The notes: generated from the sequence alone by a model not told the origin. Numbered from the stretch's first letter, positions 18,031 to 27,103 are shown. The stretch: 64,000 nt of DNA from Candidatus Aquilonibacter sp. (GCA_050015295.1 JBEKBR010000015.1:2262-66261); one strand, 5' to 3'. Made by a program: numbers and translations.

Positions 18031-18105
18031 GTCTCATTGGCCGCCGGTTTCGCGAGCGAAAATGAGACAACCTCTCAAATGAGATAGATTCTCATTTGAG
18101 AGGTT
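18031..18105. promoter_or_regulatory. Array of four AATGAGA/TCTCATT half-sites including a 16-bp-arm perfect palindrome (candidate TetR operator)
   Basis: TCTCATT at 18032-18038 and 18090-18096. AATGAGA at 18061-18067 and 18078-18084. AACCTCTCAAATGAGA (18069-18084) and TCTCATTTGAGAGGTT (18090-18105) are exact reverse complements. The array lies in the 127-bp region upstream of the MFS-tetR operon. Confidence 0.5.
18069..18105 (-). terminator. Possible intrinsic terminator of the DUF1761 gene (same hairpin as above)
   Basis: The 16-bp stem starts 3 nt after the TAG at 18109-18111. On the minus-strand RNA it is followed by GUCUCAUUUUCG. Confidence 0.45.
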
Positions 18106-18108
18106 ACG

Positions 18109-18546
18109 CTAGGCGGCTCTGGGCCTCCAGGCGGCGAGGATTGCGCTTTGGATTGCCATGCCGACCGCCGCGTAGCCGACGTTGATGAAACCGAGCGTGA
18201 TGCCCCAGCCGGAATACGCGTAGTCGAGCCAGGTTGTGGTCCCAAAGAGCAGCAGGCCGAAGGCAAAGCCGATCCACGCACCCTCGAGCGGGCCGACCGG
18301 GCCGCGCCATTTCAGAATCAGCGCGAGCCCGTATGCCAGGAAAAACGCGGTGATGAAATCGACCGAGAAAAGATAGAGCGGGCTCGCGCTCATCATTTGC
18401 CCCGTCGCGCCGGCCCCGTTGGTGCGCGTGATCTCGGCGAGCCAGAGCTTTCCGAAGAGCAGATCGTACCAAAGCCATCCGAAGAGAAAAAGCACGATCG
18501 CGGACACGAGGATCGCCCACCAGTTTACGTTGATGTGCGCACGCAT
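18109..18546 (-). CDS. DUF1761-like small membrane protein
   Basis: 145 aa with 4 hydrophobic spans. The N-terminus NWWAILVSAIVLFLFGWLWYDLLFGKLW is typical. RBS GGAGG. Confidence 0.65.
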   Translation of the reverse strand: MRAHINVNWWAILVSAIVLFLFGWLWYDLLFGKLWLAEITRTNGAGATGQMMSASPLYLFSVDFITAFFLAYGLALILKWRGPVGPLEGAWIGFAFGLLLFGTTTWLDYAYSGWGITLGFINVGYAAVGMAIQSAILAAWRPRAA

Positions 18547-18573
18547 ACAAAATACCTCCGTTGCAAAGTGTTA

Positions 18574-18601
18574 GGGCCCGCATTGCTGCGAGCCCTTTTT
18601 T
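18574..18601. terminator. GC-rich hairpin with T6 tract between two minus-strand genes
   Basis: GGGCCCGCA-ttgc-TGCGAGCCC (one C.A mismatch) followed by TTTTTT on the plus strand. It sits immediately after the lipoprotein stop (18602). The U-tract is on the wrong side for minus-strand transcription, with an A-tract on the other side. Confidence 0.4.
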
Positions 18602-20686
18602 CTATGGGTTGCGCGGTAGCGACATCGGCGCGCGTTTATGGGTCGGTCGATGCGGTGCCCGGTGCGGCGTGAACGAATGTCTGCCGAAGTTCGTCAATTG
18701 ACGCACGCGTGTGTACGTGATTGTTCCCGTGCTCGGTGCGCCGTACTGCAGCACGTCGACGAATCCGTAGTACTCGTCGATAGCCCAAACGTATCCGCCA
18801 CCCGACGAGATTCCGTAGAGTTCCTGACTCTCATCGTCCGAAACGGGCATCGCATAGTAGCCGGCAACGGGCGCTCCGGCTGCGACGTTCGAGAGGCGCC
18901 CGATTCCCGTCTGGTACTCCTCGCTTGCGCTCCAGAAGCTGAGGTCGCCGTAGGCCATGCCGTAGCTGTCGAAGCCGTAGATCGGGAAGGTCGCTTGCGC
19001 GAGGTTTGCGGCTGAAAACGCTGCCGACCCCGGGATGTAGCCGTAAAGATACTCATCGTCCGGGTCATAGTCGCTAAACCATGCGGTGGTCCCGTCGGGT
19101 GCGGTTGCCATGCCGCCGTAGTAAGGAATGGTGTCAGCGCCCGTTGGACTCGCGACGCCTTGGAACGCCGGCGTTGAACCTAGGGCGACCTTGGCAATGA
19201 CTTCGTTGTCATAGTCGGCGATGTACATCGTCGAGCCGTTCGGCTTGATCGACATCGCGCTCGGATCAGGGCCTTCTCCGTAAGAAATACCGGCCGACGC
19301 AAAGTCCGTCTCGGTTAGAATGCCGGCGCTGCTCACCTCACCGATTGCGTAATAGTCGCTGTAATAATCCGTTTCACCGCATTCTCCCGTATACTCGATG
19401 AACCATACGTTGCCGCTACTGTCGGCCTGGATGAATTCGGGATAGCCGTGCAGGACGTATTCCGTCGTCGTCTTGCTCGTCGGATTGAAGATACCCAGCG
19501 TGCCACTGTAGAGATCGCCTTCGTAGCAGAGACCCGACGGCGAAGCGAGTTGAGGAGTATCTTCGAACTCGCCCGCATACGCGACGTCGCCGTTCGGCAA
19601 GGCTGCGAGTTCGTTGTATTGATACCCGCTCTCGTCGTAGAGCAGATTTTCGCTCATGTTTTGCACGACGGTGCCGCCGTTGAACGTCACTTCGCCGGTT
19701 CCGGGGTTGTACGGATCCGTCGTATTGCCGGTGACGACATACCGCATGCCATTGGGTGAAGCGATCCCGAGCGCGTATTCCGGATCTTCTTCGGCGAGGA
19801 ACACTGCAGCGGTGCCGTTCGGCAGTGCCGCGATGCCGTACGGGTAGAAATAGATTTCGTCGGCCGAGTCGTAATACTGGAAGAGATTCAACACCGCGCC
19901 GCTCGCGTTGAACGCGACACCCGTCGCGCTAGTGAGACCTGAAGCGCTCGGGGTGATCGTTGAGCCGACGTTCGTTCCGCCGTTGTAGTCGAGCGTCACC
20001 ACTTGTCCGGGCGAGGTTACCGACGTCGACGAAAGCGAAAGCGTAGCGTAGGTATCGCCGCTAATCGCGAGGCCGATCGGTGACGAGAACAGTCCCGGGC
20101 CAATGATAAGGTTGCCGCTCGCATCTTTTGCTTGCACGATCACCGCGGTGGAACCGGGATTACCGACTGGTAATTCTGACTGTCCGAGCACGAGTGCAAC
20201 GGTCGATGGAACGCCGTCGAGATCGAGCTGCACGGTCGGCGTCGCTGCGCCGCGCGTCAGTGTGACCTGCACGTCGCCGGTCGAAAGCACGCTACCGCCG
20301 CCGTTGATCGCGCTGAATGTCGAGATCGCAAACAGATCGGTCCCGAATGGCGCTTGCACCGTCACCGTGCATTGCAAACCGCCGCCGCTGGGCGTCGTGC
20401 AGCTCGACGATCCGGTGGTGAGATTCACCGTTGCGAGCGATGTCGTCGTGCCGCCCGAGACGAGACCAACCGTCATCGACTGCGTTCCAGCGGAAATATA
20501 GTTGGGTCGGAAATGCGTATTTTGCTGGCTGAGCGGTGGAATGCTCACGATGAGTTGCGCCGGTCCCGAGCCCGTCGATGAGGGCTGCGTTCCGCTCGAG
20601 GGAATCGGCGATCCACCGCCACCTCCACCGCAAGCGCACAAAGCAAGTAGGGCCGCCGTCGTGAGGCAGGTGCGTAAATGGGTCAT
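18602..20686 (-). CDS. Large secreted lipoprotein: Ig-like N-terminal region plus beta-propeller-like repeats
   Basis: Signal with lipobox, TTAALLALCACGGGGG. A Thr/Ser/Gly-rich beta region is followed by repeated ..P.G...(W)F.. Tyr/Asp-rich blades, then a basic tail HRAPHRPTHKRAP. Strong RBS AAGGAGG. Confidence 0.7.
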   Translation of the reverse strand: MTHLRTCLTTAALLALCACGGGGGGSPIPSSGTQPSSTGSGPAQLIVSIPPLSQQNTHFRPNYISAGTQSMTVGLVSGGTTTSLATVNLTTGSSSCTTPSGGGLQCTVTVQAPFGTDLFAISTFSAINGGGSVLSTGDVQVTLTRGAATPTVQLDLDGVPSTVALVLGQSELPVGNPGSTAVIVQAKDASGNLIIGPGLFSSPIGLAISGDTYATLSLSSTSVTSPGQVVTLDYNGGTNVGSTITPSASGLTSATGVAFNASGAVLNLFQYYDSADEIYFYPYGIAALPNGTAAVFLAEEDPEYALGIASPNGMRYVVTGNTTDPYNPGTGEVTFNGGTVVQNMSENLLYDESGYQYNELAALPNGDVAYAGEFEDTPQLASPSGLCYEGDLYSGTLGIFNPTSKTTTEYVLHGYPEFIQADSSGNVWFIEYTGECGETDYYSDYYAIGEVSSAGILTETDFASAGISYGEGPDPSAMSIKPNGSTMYIADYDNEVIAKVALGSTPAFQGVASPTGADTIPYYGGMATAPDGTTAWFSDYDPDDEYLYGYIPGSAAFSAANLAQATFPIYGFDSYGMAYGDLSFWSASEEYQTGIGRLSNVAAGAPVAGYYAMPVSDDESQELYGISSGGGYVWAIDEYYGFVDVLQYGAPSTGTITYTRVRQLTNFGRHSFTPHRAPHRPTHKRAPMSLPRNP

Positions 20687-20794
20687 GTTCAGCCTCCTTA
20701 GCGCGCGTGGCGCTGGGCGAACGAGATGAACCCGGCTCTGGTCTCCCAGTAAAAATTCGAGCAGTCGAGTGCCCGGCCTCTAAAGTCGCATAGT

Positions 20795-20824
20795 AAAAGG
20801 GACCTACATCAATGTAGGTCCCTT
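20795..20824 (-). terminator. Rho-independent terminator of pnp
   Basis: On the minus strand, AAGGGACCTACAT-TG-ATGTAGGTCCCTT followed by TTTAC. An 11-bp perfect stem lies 27 nt after the pnp stop. Confidence 0.7.
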
Positions 20825-20849
20825 GTGGGTCAACCTCGGTAAAAGCCGG

Positions 20850-23147
20850 CTATTCGTCGTCCCGATGCGTCGGCGGACGGCGTCGGCGACGGGTCGGTGG
20901 TGCGCCTTCGCCGCTGGGAGCTGCCACCGCGGGCGCGCCCGCTGGTTCCTCGCTGCGTTCACGGCGCTGCGGACGGAACTCGCCGTTACCGCGGCTCTCG
21001 CGACCGCCACCACCACCGCTGTTTTCCGAACCCGGAGCGATGACGGCTTTGCGCGAGAGATTGACGCGGCCTTGGCCGTCGATCTCGAGCACCTTGACTT
21101 GCACGGTGTCGCCGACGTTGAGCACGTCTTCCACCTTCGCGACACGTTCGGGCGCGAGCTGGCTGATGTGCACGAGACCTTCCTTGCCCGGAAGAATCTC
21201 GACGAAGGCGCCGATCGGAATCACGCGCTTGACCGTGCCGGTGTAAATCTCACCGACCTTGATGTCTTTGGTGATGTTCTCAACGTACTGACGGGCGGCT
21301 TCGCCGCTCTTCCCGTCGAGCGAGGTGATGAACACCGTGCCGTCGTCCTCGATGTCGATCTTCTCGACACCGGTTTCGGCGATGATCTTGTTGATGATCT
21401 TGCCGCCTGGTCCGATGACGTCCTTGATCTTGTCGGGGTTGATCTTGATCACGATCATTCGCGGCGCGAACTCCGAGAGTTCCTTGCGTGGTTCGGCGAT
21501 CGTTTCGGTGAGCTTATCGATGATGAAGAAGCGCGACTTCTTGGCTTGCGCCATCGCTTCACGCATGATCTCGATCGTGATGCCTTGGACTTTGATGTCC
21601 ATCTGGATCGCGGTGATGCCCTTCTTGGTTCCCGCGACTTTGAAGTCCATCTCGCCGAGCGCATCTTCGAGGCCCTGAATGTCGGTGAGAACGGAGTAGT
21701 CCTTACCCTTGAGAATCAAGCCCATCGCGACGCCCGCGACGTGCTCGGTAATCGGGACGCCCGCATCCATCAGCGCAAGGCTCGAACCGCAGACCGACGC
21801 CATCGACGACGATCCGTTCGATTCGAATACTTCGCTCATCAGGCGTAGCGTGTACGGGAACTCTTCCTTCTTCGGAAGCACCGGCAACAGCGCGCGCTCA
21901 GCGAGCGCACCGTGGCCGATTTCGCGACGGCCGGGTCCGCGCATCGGACGCGTCTCGCCGACCGAGAACGGGGGGAAGTTGTAGAAGTGCATGTAGCGCT
22001 TGTCTTCGAGCGCCACGATTCCGTCGAGACGCTGCGCATCGCTGGTCGAACCGAGCGTCGCCGCAGTAAAGACCTGCGTTTGTCCGCGCGTAAACACGCC
22101 CGAACCGTGCACGCGGGGCACGTAGTGCACCTTGCTCCAGATTGGGCGAATCTCGTCGGGCTTACGGCCGTCGGGACGAATCTTCTCGTCGACGACCATC
22201 ACGCGCAACTCGTCCTCTTCCATCGACTTGACGATTTTGCCAAACTCTTTGGCGGTGTCCGAGTTCGAGAGAAGTTCCTTGATCTCGTCGTCTTTTTTGC
22301 CGACGCGCTCGAGCGCTTCAGCGACGTTGATGTTCGAGAAAGCCTCTTCGCGCGTGTGCTTGTCGACGATGCGCATCGCTTTGGCAACGTCCTTGGCGAA
22401 CGTCTTGCGTACCCACTTGTCGAGGTCGGCGTTGACCTTCTTGAGCGGATACTCGCGCTTGTCTTTGCCCGCTTTCTTCACGAGCTGATTGATCGCTTTG
22501 ACGATCTTCTTGATCTCGCCGTGCGCGAACTCGACTGCACCAAGGAAATCTTCCTCGGAAATTTCAAGCGCGCCACCTTCGACCATCATGATCGCATCGG
22601 CGGTGCCGGCGACCACGATCTCCATGCCACCGGTCACATATTGCGGTAGCGTAGGATTGGCAATGAACTTGCCGTTCTCGTCGCGGCCGACGCGCACGCC
22701 GGCAACCGGTCCGTCGAACGGAATATCCGAGAGGGCAAGCGCTGCACCGGCAGAGCAGATGCCCAGGATGTCGGGGTCGAGTTCGGGATCGACCGACATC
22801 ACGGTCGCAACGACTTGCACGTCGTTTTGGAAACCTTCGGGGAAAAGCGGACGGATCGGACGATCCATCTGACGCGAGCTGAGCACGGCGTGCTCGGGCG
22901 GACGCCCTTCGCGCTTGATGTAACCTCCCGGAATCTTTCCGGCAGCGTACATCTTCTCTTCGAAATCGCAGGTGAGGGGGAACCAGTCAATGCCTTCACG
23001 GGGTTTGAGTGAGGCAGTGGCGGCGCAGAGCACGACGTTTTGGTCGCCATAACGAATTAGCGCGGAGCCGTTGGCTTGCTTCGCTAGTTCGCCGGTCTCG
23101 ATGACCATCGTGCGCCCGCCGACCTCTAAGGTAACGGACTCGGGCAC
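20850..23147 (-). CDS. pnp: Polyribonucleotide nucleotidyltransferase (PNPase) with Arg/Gly-rich C-terminal tail
   Basis: Full PNPase architecture: two RNase PH domains (FPLTCDFEEKMYAAGKIPGGYIKREGRP, GHGALAERAL), KH (IKDVIGPGGKIINKI) and S1 (GEIYTGTVKRVIPIGAFVEILPGKEGLVHISQL). GTG start with an AGGAG RBS. Confidence 0.95.
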   Translation of the reverse strand: MPESVTLEVGGRTMVIETGELAKQANGSALIRYGDQNVVLCAATASLKPREGIDWFPLTCDFEEKMYAAGKIPGGYIKREGRPPEHAVLSSRQMDRPIRPLFPEGFQNDVQVVATVMSVDPELDPDILGICSAGAALALSDIPFDGPVAGVRVGRDENGKFIANPTLPQYVTGGMEIVVAGTADAIMMVEGGALEISEEDFLGAVEFAHGEIKKIVKAINQLVKKAGKDKREYPLKKVNADLDKWVRKTFAKDVAKAMRIVDKHTREEAFSNINVAEALERVGKKDDEIKELLSNSDTAKEFGKIVKSMEEDELRVMVVDEKIRPDGRKPDEIRPIWSKVHYVPRVHGSGVFTRGQTQVFTAATLGSTSDAQRLDGIVALEDKRYMHFYNFPPFSVGETRPMRGPGRREIGHGALAERALLPVLPKKEEFPYTLRLMSEVFESNGSSSMASVCGSSLALMDAGVPITEHVAGVAMGLILKGKDYSVLTDIQGLEDALGEMDFKVAGTKKGITAIQMDIKVQGITIEIMREAMAQAKKSRFFIIDKLTETIAEPRKELSEFAPRMIVIKINPDKIKDVIGPGGKIINKIIAETGVEKIDIEDDGTVFITSLDGKSGEAARQYVENITKDIKVGEIYTGTVKRVIPIGAFVEILPGKEGLVHISQLAPERVAKVEDVLNVGDTVQVKVLEIDGQGRVNLSRKAVIAPGSENSGGGGGRESRGNGEFRPQRRERSEEPAGAPAVAAPSGEGAPPTRRRRRPPTHRDDE

Positions 23148-23184
23148 AATAACTCCTAGTTTCTTTGTGTTTTGCTTTTAAAAT

Positions 23185-23218
23185 GAACCGTGCTCGGTTC
23201 GCGCAGCAGCCACTGCGC
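23185..23218 (-). promoter_or_regulatory. Two adjacent hairpins in the pnp leader / downstream of the Ser/Thr-rich gene
   Basis: On minus-strand RNA, GCGCAG-uggcug-CUGCGC then GAACCG-agca-CGGUUC, followed by AUUUUAAAAGCAAAACACAAAGAAAC. This is a conspicuously A/U-rich leader before the pnp RBS. Confidence 0.45.
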
Positions 23219-23228
23219 CCCTGTGGTC

Positions 23229-23657
23229 TTAGGCGGTCGTGTCGACCGTACTGCCGGCGGCAGGCGTCGAGCCGAGGTTTTGCAGCTCGGTTGCCAGCTG
23301 GGCAAACTGATCGGCGTTCAGGCCGGCTGACGCGTAAAGCGCCGAGGTCGCGTCCGAGGTGTTCCCGGTAAGCGACTGGGTCAGGGCTTGATACTGCCAC
23401 TGTTCGAGGGTCGCGACGGCCTGCTGATAGGGGTTCTGCCCGGTCGTGCTCGTCGAGGCGGTGCTCGAGGTGCTCGATGCGGTCGGCGTGGTCGAGCTGG
23501 CCGTATTGCTCGTCGAGGCAAGCGCGTTGGCGGTCGAGCCGCTCGAGGTCTCGGCGTAGCTCGTGGGATTGAGCACGTCAAAGCCCGGGATGGTCAGCGG
23601 GGTCACCGGTGAGGTCAAGGCATCCGACCCGATGTACGAGGTGCTCATCCGCGCCAT
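23229..23657 (-). CDS. Hypothetical Ser/Thr-rich low-complexity protein (142 aa)
   Basis: High GC3 in this frame. STSNTASSTTPTASSTSSTASTSTT core with a Gln-rich helical C-terminus, and no signal peptide. The track ORF extending to 24446 is an antisense shadow of ggt. Confidence 0.5.
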   Translation of the reverse strand: MARMSTSYIGSDALTSPVTPLTIPGFDVLNPTSYAETSSGSTANALASTSNTASSTTPTASSTSSTASTSTTGQNPYQQAVATLEQWQYQALTQSLTGNTSDATSALYASAGLNADQFAQLATELQNLGSTPAAGSTVDTTA

Positions 23658-23729
23658 CGTACCATTCGGCGCGAGTTCACAGACGTGCGCACAGGAAATC
23701 TTTACGCCGCGGTCGCGAAAGAGGCGTTC

Positions 23730-25400
23730 ATGCACGCTTTGCTCCTTGCCGCGCTTTTGGGCGTGGTCACCGCCCCGCACGCTATGGTCGTCACCGAGCA
23801 GCACCTCGCTTCGCAGGCCGGTCTCGACGTTCTGCGGTCGGGCGGCAACGCGGTTGACGCCGCAGTGGCCGTCGGCTACGCGCTGGCCGTCGTCGATCCG
23901 TGTTGCGGCAACATCGGAGGCGGCGGATTCATGCTGATTCGCATGCACGACGGGCGCGAGCGTTTCATCGATTTTCGCGAAAAGGCGCCACTGCGTGCAA
24001 CGCGCGACATGTATCTCGACGCGCAGGGCAACGTGGTACCGAATCGTTCGCGCAAAGGGTGGCTTGCGATCGGCGTTCCCGGCACCGTCATGGGCTTGGA
24101 TCGCGCGTTGACCGAGTTCGGTACGATGCAGCGTCCGCAGGTGATGGCCTCGGCGATTGCGCTCGCACGCGACGGCTTCGTTTTTGATCCGGGCGATCTC
24201 GTTCCGTTTGCCGGAGCGCCAACACAAGGTTACACCGGCGCCTCGACGTTCGCGCAAGCGAACGTACGCGCGATCTGGATGCCGAACGGGGAGATGCCGC
24301 GCGCTGGCGAGCGCATCGTGCAAACGAACTTGGCCAATACGTTGCAAGAGATCTCCGACGGCGGAACGGCAGCATTCTACAAAGGTGCGATCGCTCGCGC
24401 CGTCGTCGACGCGAGTAATGCAAACGGCGGCATTTTGTCGATGCAAGATTTCGCTGCCTACACGGTCGGCGAATCGTCACCGCTAACGTGCGAGTATCAC
24501 GGTCTGACCGTGATTTCGGCGCCGCCGCCGAGTTCGGGCGGAGTGACGCTGTGCGAAATTCTCAATATCATTTCGCCGTATCCGCTCGCGGATTGGGGCT
24601 GGCACAGCGTGCGCGAAGCGCACTACGTGATCGAAGCCGAACGCCGTGCGTACGCCGACCGTAACGAATATCTCGGCGATCCGGCCTTCGTCAACAATCC
24701 GGTTGCGCAACTCCTCGATCCGGCCTATGCCGCGCAATTGCGCGCGCAGATCGATCCGCAGCGCGCGACGCCGTCGTCGCAAGTCAAACCCGGTTTGCAC
24801 ATCGACGTCCACGAGAACGCACAAACAACCCACTACTCGATCGTGGACAGCGCGGGGAACGCCGTAGCAGTGACCTACACGATCAACGACTGGTTTGGCT
24901 CGAGCGTCATCGCGGGCAACACCGGCTTTTTTCTCAACGACGAAATGGACGACTTCACCTCGAAGCCCGGCGTGGCCAACGGATTCGGCCTCGTGCAAGG
25001 CGCAATGAACGACATCCAGCCCGGAAAGCGCCCGCTCTCATCGATGGCGCCAACGATTGTGCTGCGCGGCGGCAAACTCGCGATGGTGACGGGAAGCCCA
25101 GGCGGGTCGCGCATTATCACGATCGCACTCGAGACGATCTTGAACGCGTTCGACTTCGGCATGAACGCGCAAGCTGCGGTCGACGCCCCACGCATTCACA
25201 TGCAGTGGCTTCCCGACGAGGTCGACTACGAGCCCAATGCGTTGACAGACGCAACGATGAACGCGTTGCGCGGCGACGGGTACAGCTTTCGCGACGTTTC
25301 GTTTTGGGGATCGGCGCAGGCAATCGTGGTACTGCCGGACGGCACCTTGCAAGGTGGTACCGATCGCCGGCGTCCCGCCGGCGCCGCGCTTGGCTACTAG
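23730..25400 (+). CDS. ggt: Gamma-glutamyltransferase
   Basis: GGNAVDAAVAVGYALAVVDPCCGNIGGGGF, the autoprocessing site ...TTHYSIVDSAGNAV, and SSMAPTIV...GSPGGSRII. The RBS AAAGAGG lies before the ATG at 23730. Confidence 0.9.
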   Translation: MHALLLAALLGVVTAPHAMVVTEQHLASQAGLDVLRSGGNAVDAAVAVGYALAVVDPCCGNIGGGGFMLIRMHDGRERFIDFREKAPLRATRDMYLDAQGNVVPNRSRKGWLAIGVPGTVMGLDRALTEFGTMQRPQVMASAIALARDGFVFDPGDLVPFAGAPTQGYTGASTFAQANVRAIWMPNGEMPRAGERIVQTNLANTLQEISDGGTAAFYKGAIARAVVDASNANGGILSMQDFAAYTVGESSPLTCEYHGLTVISAPPPSSGGVTLCEILNIISPYPLADWGWHSVREAHYVIEAERRAYADRNEYLGDPAFVNNPVAQLLDPAYAAQLRAQIDPQRATPSSQVKPGLHIDVHENAQTTHYSIVDSAGNAVAVTYTINDWFGSSVIAGNTGFFLNDEMDDFTSKPGVANGFGLVQGAMNDIQPGKRPLSSMAPTIVLRGGKLAMVTGSPGGSRIITIALETILNAFDFGMNAQAAVDAPRIHMQWLPDEVDYEPNALTDATMNALRGDGYSFRDVSFWGSAQAIVVLPDGTLQGGTDRRRPAGAALGY

Positions 25401-25509
25401 GCCGTTTGGCAGGGGTTCGGTTAAGAGTTCGTAAAAGCGCCGCGAGAGGGTCCGGCGGATGCGGGATCGGCGTGACCCTGCCGCTTGCTTGTGGCGAAAG
25501 GGAGTGCTC

Positions 25510-27096
25510 GTGGCGATTGCGCCAGAGCGTGGATCGGTTCCGACCATCGTGGTCGCGACCGATCGGACTTTGCGCGTGACCACCGCATTTGGTCCGCGTG
25601 CGATGGACCTCAACGCGCGGCCGCCCAGTGGCGAGCTGCTGCGCGCTCTACGAAGCGCGTTACGCGGACGGCACCGCGCAATCAAAACCGAACTCGGCGG
25701 CATCGTTTTCGACGGTCACGTCTTTCCGTTGACACTCAACGACGGTGAGATCGCGGGCGCGGTGGCCGTCGGTATCGACGCAAGTGAAGCGCAAAACGCG
25801 GTGCTGTTTCTTTCGACGCACGACCCGTTGACCGGGCTGCTCAATCGACATCAATTGCTCGAGGTGCTCGATCACTACGCACGCGCCGGCGGCGCCAGTG
25901 GTGCGCTGGTGCTGTTCGATATCGACCGCTTCGCGCAGATCAATGAAATTGCCGGTCATCTCGCCGGCGATCAGCTGCTGTGCGCAATCGCCGATCGCAT
26001 GCATTTTCTCGAAATCGACGGGAATTACGTTGCGCGCTTGGGCTCGGACGAATTTGCATGCCTGCTCATCGAGCCGCGCAGCGGCAACATCGTGGAGCGG
26101 CGCATCGAGCAACTGCGCGACGCACTCGACGCACCATTTGCGGTTGGACATGCCGAATTTGTTTTGCGCTCAACGATGGGGGTCGCACGGTTTCCACAAG
26201 ACGGCGCGGGTGAGCTGCTGCTGCAAAATGCGGCGATGGCGCTGCACGCCGCTAAAGGCGCAGCGCGTGGCGGCTTGGTGCGCTACGGCCCCGCACTCGA
26301 ACGCAAGGTGAGCGTGCGCAGCCGGCTGGTACGCGATCTGCCGGCGGCGATCGATCGCTGTGAGTTCGCGATGTACTACCAGCCGCTGATCGACGCGTCG
26401 AGCAACATGGTGACCGCGGCCGAGGCACTCATACGCTGGCAGCACCCCGAGCTCGGCCTGTTGACGCCGGACGTTTTCTTGACGATTGCCGAGGAGTCGG
26501 ACGCCGTGGTCGAGATCGGGCGCTGGGCGATCGATCGCGCCTGCCGGGACGCCATGTTGATCCGCGACTCGCTGGGCCGGGAGGTCCGGCTCAACGTCAA
26601 TGTCTCGCCGCGCCACGTGCAGTCCGAGCGGCTCGTCGGGCACGTCTCGGCGGCCCTCCGGGATTCGGGCTGGCATCCCGGGTCGCTCCAGCTCGAAGTT
26701 ACCGAGCAGCTGCTTATCGAAGATATCCCGAGCGCCGTGGCCACGCTCGAACGGCTGCGCGATCACGGTGTGTCGATCGCCATCGACGACTTTGGGACAG
26801 GGTACAATACGCTGTCCTATTTGAAATCGTATCCGGTCAGTTGTATCAAAATCGATCGCGCGTTCGTGAAGGATGCCGAAAATGACCAATACAGTCGAGC
26901 AATTTGCCGATCCGTGGCCGCCCTCGGAGACTCGCTGCACATGAACGTGATCGGTGAAGGCGTCGAGACGCTGGGTCAGGCGGAGTTTTTGACCGCGATC
27001 GGTTGTCGCGAGCTCCAAGGCTATCATTTCGGTCGGCCCGTGAGCGCATGGGACTTTATGACTACCTATGGCAAGGAGGGCATTTGGGTAACGTAG
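25510..27096 (+). CDS. PAS-like / degenerate GGDEF (GSDEF) / intact EAL protein, predicted c-di-GMP phosphodiesterase
   Basis: ARLGSDEFACLL replaces GGDEF. The EAL motifs are all present: EALIRW, NVNVS, EVTE, DDFGTGYN, KIDRAF, GEGVET, QGYHFGRP. The GTG at 25510 is preceded by AAGGGAG; the ATG at 25459 is an alternative start. Confidence 0.85.
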   Translation: MAIAPERGSVPTIVVATDRTLRVTTAFGPRAMDLNARPPSGELLRALRSALRGRHRAIKTELGGIVFDGHVFPLTLNDGEIAGAVAVGIDASEAQNAVLFLSTHDPLTGLLNRHQLLEVLDHYARAGGASGALVLFDIDRFAQINEIAGHLAGDQLLCAIADRMHFLEIDGNYVARLGSDEFACLLIEPRSGNIVERRIEQLRDALDAPFAVGHAEFVLRSTMGVARFPQDGAGELLLQNAAMALHAAKGAARGGLVRYGPALERKVSVRSRLVRDLPAAIDRCEFAMYYQPLIDASSNMVTAAEALIRWQHPELGLLTPDVFLTIAEESDAVVEIGRWAIDRACRDAMLIRDSLGREVRLNVNVSPRHVQSERLVGHVSAALRDSGWHPGSLQLEVTEQLLIEDIPSAVATLERLRDHGVSIAIDDFGTGYNTLSYLKSYPVSCIKIDRAFVKDAENDQYSRAICRSVAALGDSLHMNVIGEGVETLGQAEFLTAIGCRELQGYHFGRPVSAWDFMTTYGKEGIWVT

Positions 27097-27103
27097 CGGC
27101 TAC

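Noticed and set aside
18574-18601. Canonical plus-strand terminator (stem plus T6).
   Set aside because: No plus-strand gene ends nearby. It more likely acts bidirectionally for the minus-strand lipoprotein gene, so it is listed at low confidence.
20823-21848. 341-aa plus-strand ORF (and several shorter ones) inside the pnp locus.
   Set aside because: It is antisense to a full-length, unmistakable PNPase. The product is Arg/Asp/Leu-rich low complexity, typical of shadow ORFs in GC-rich DNA.
23658-24446. Upstream 263 aa of track ORF 23229..24446.
   Set aside because: It is antisense to ggt, which is well supported. Only the last 142 codons lie outside ggt and show an independent coding signature.
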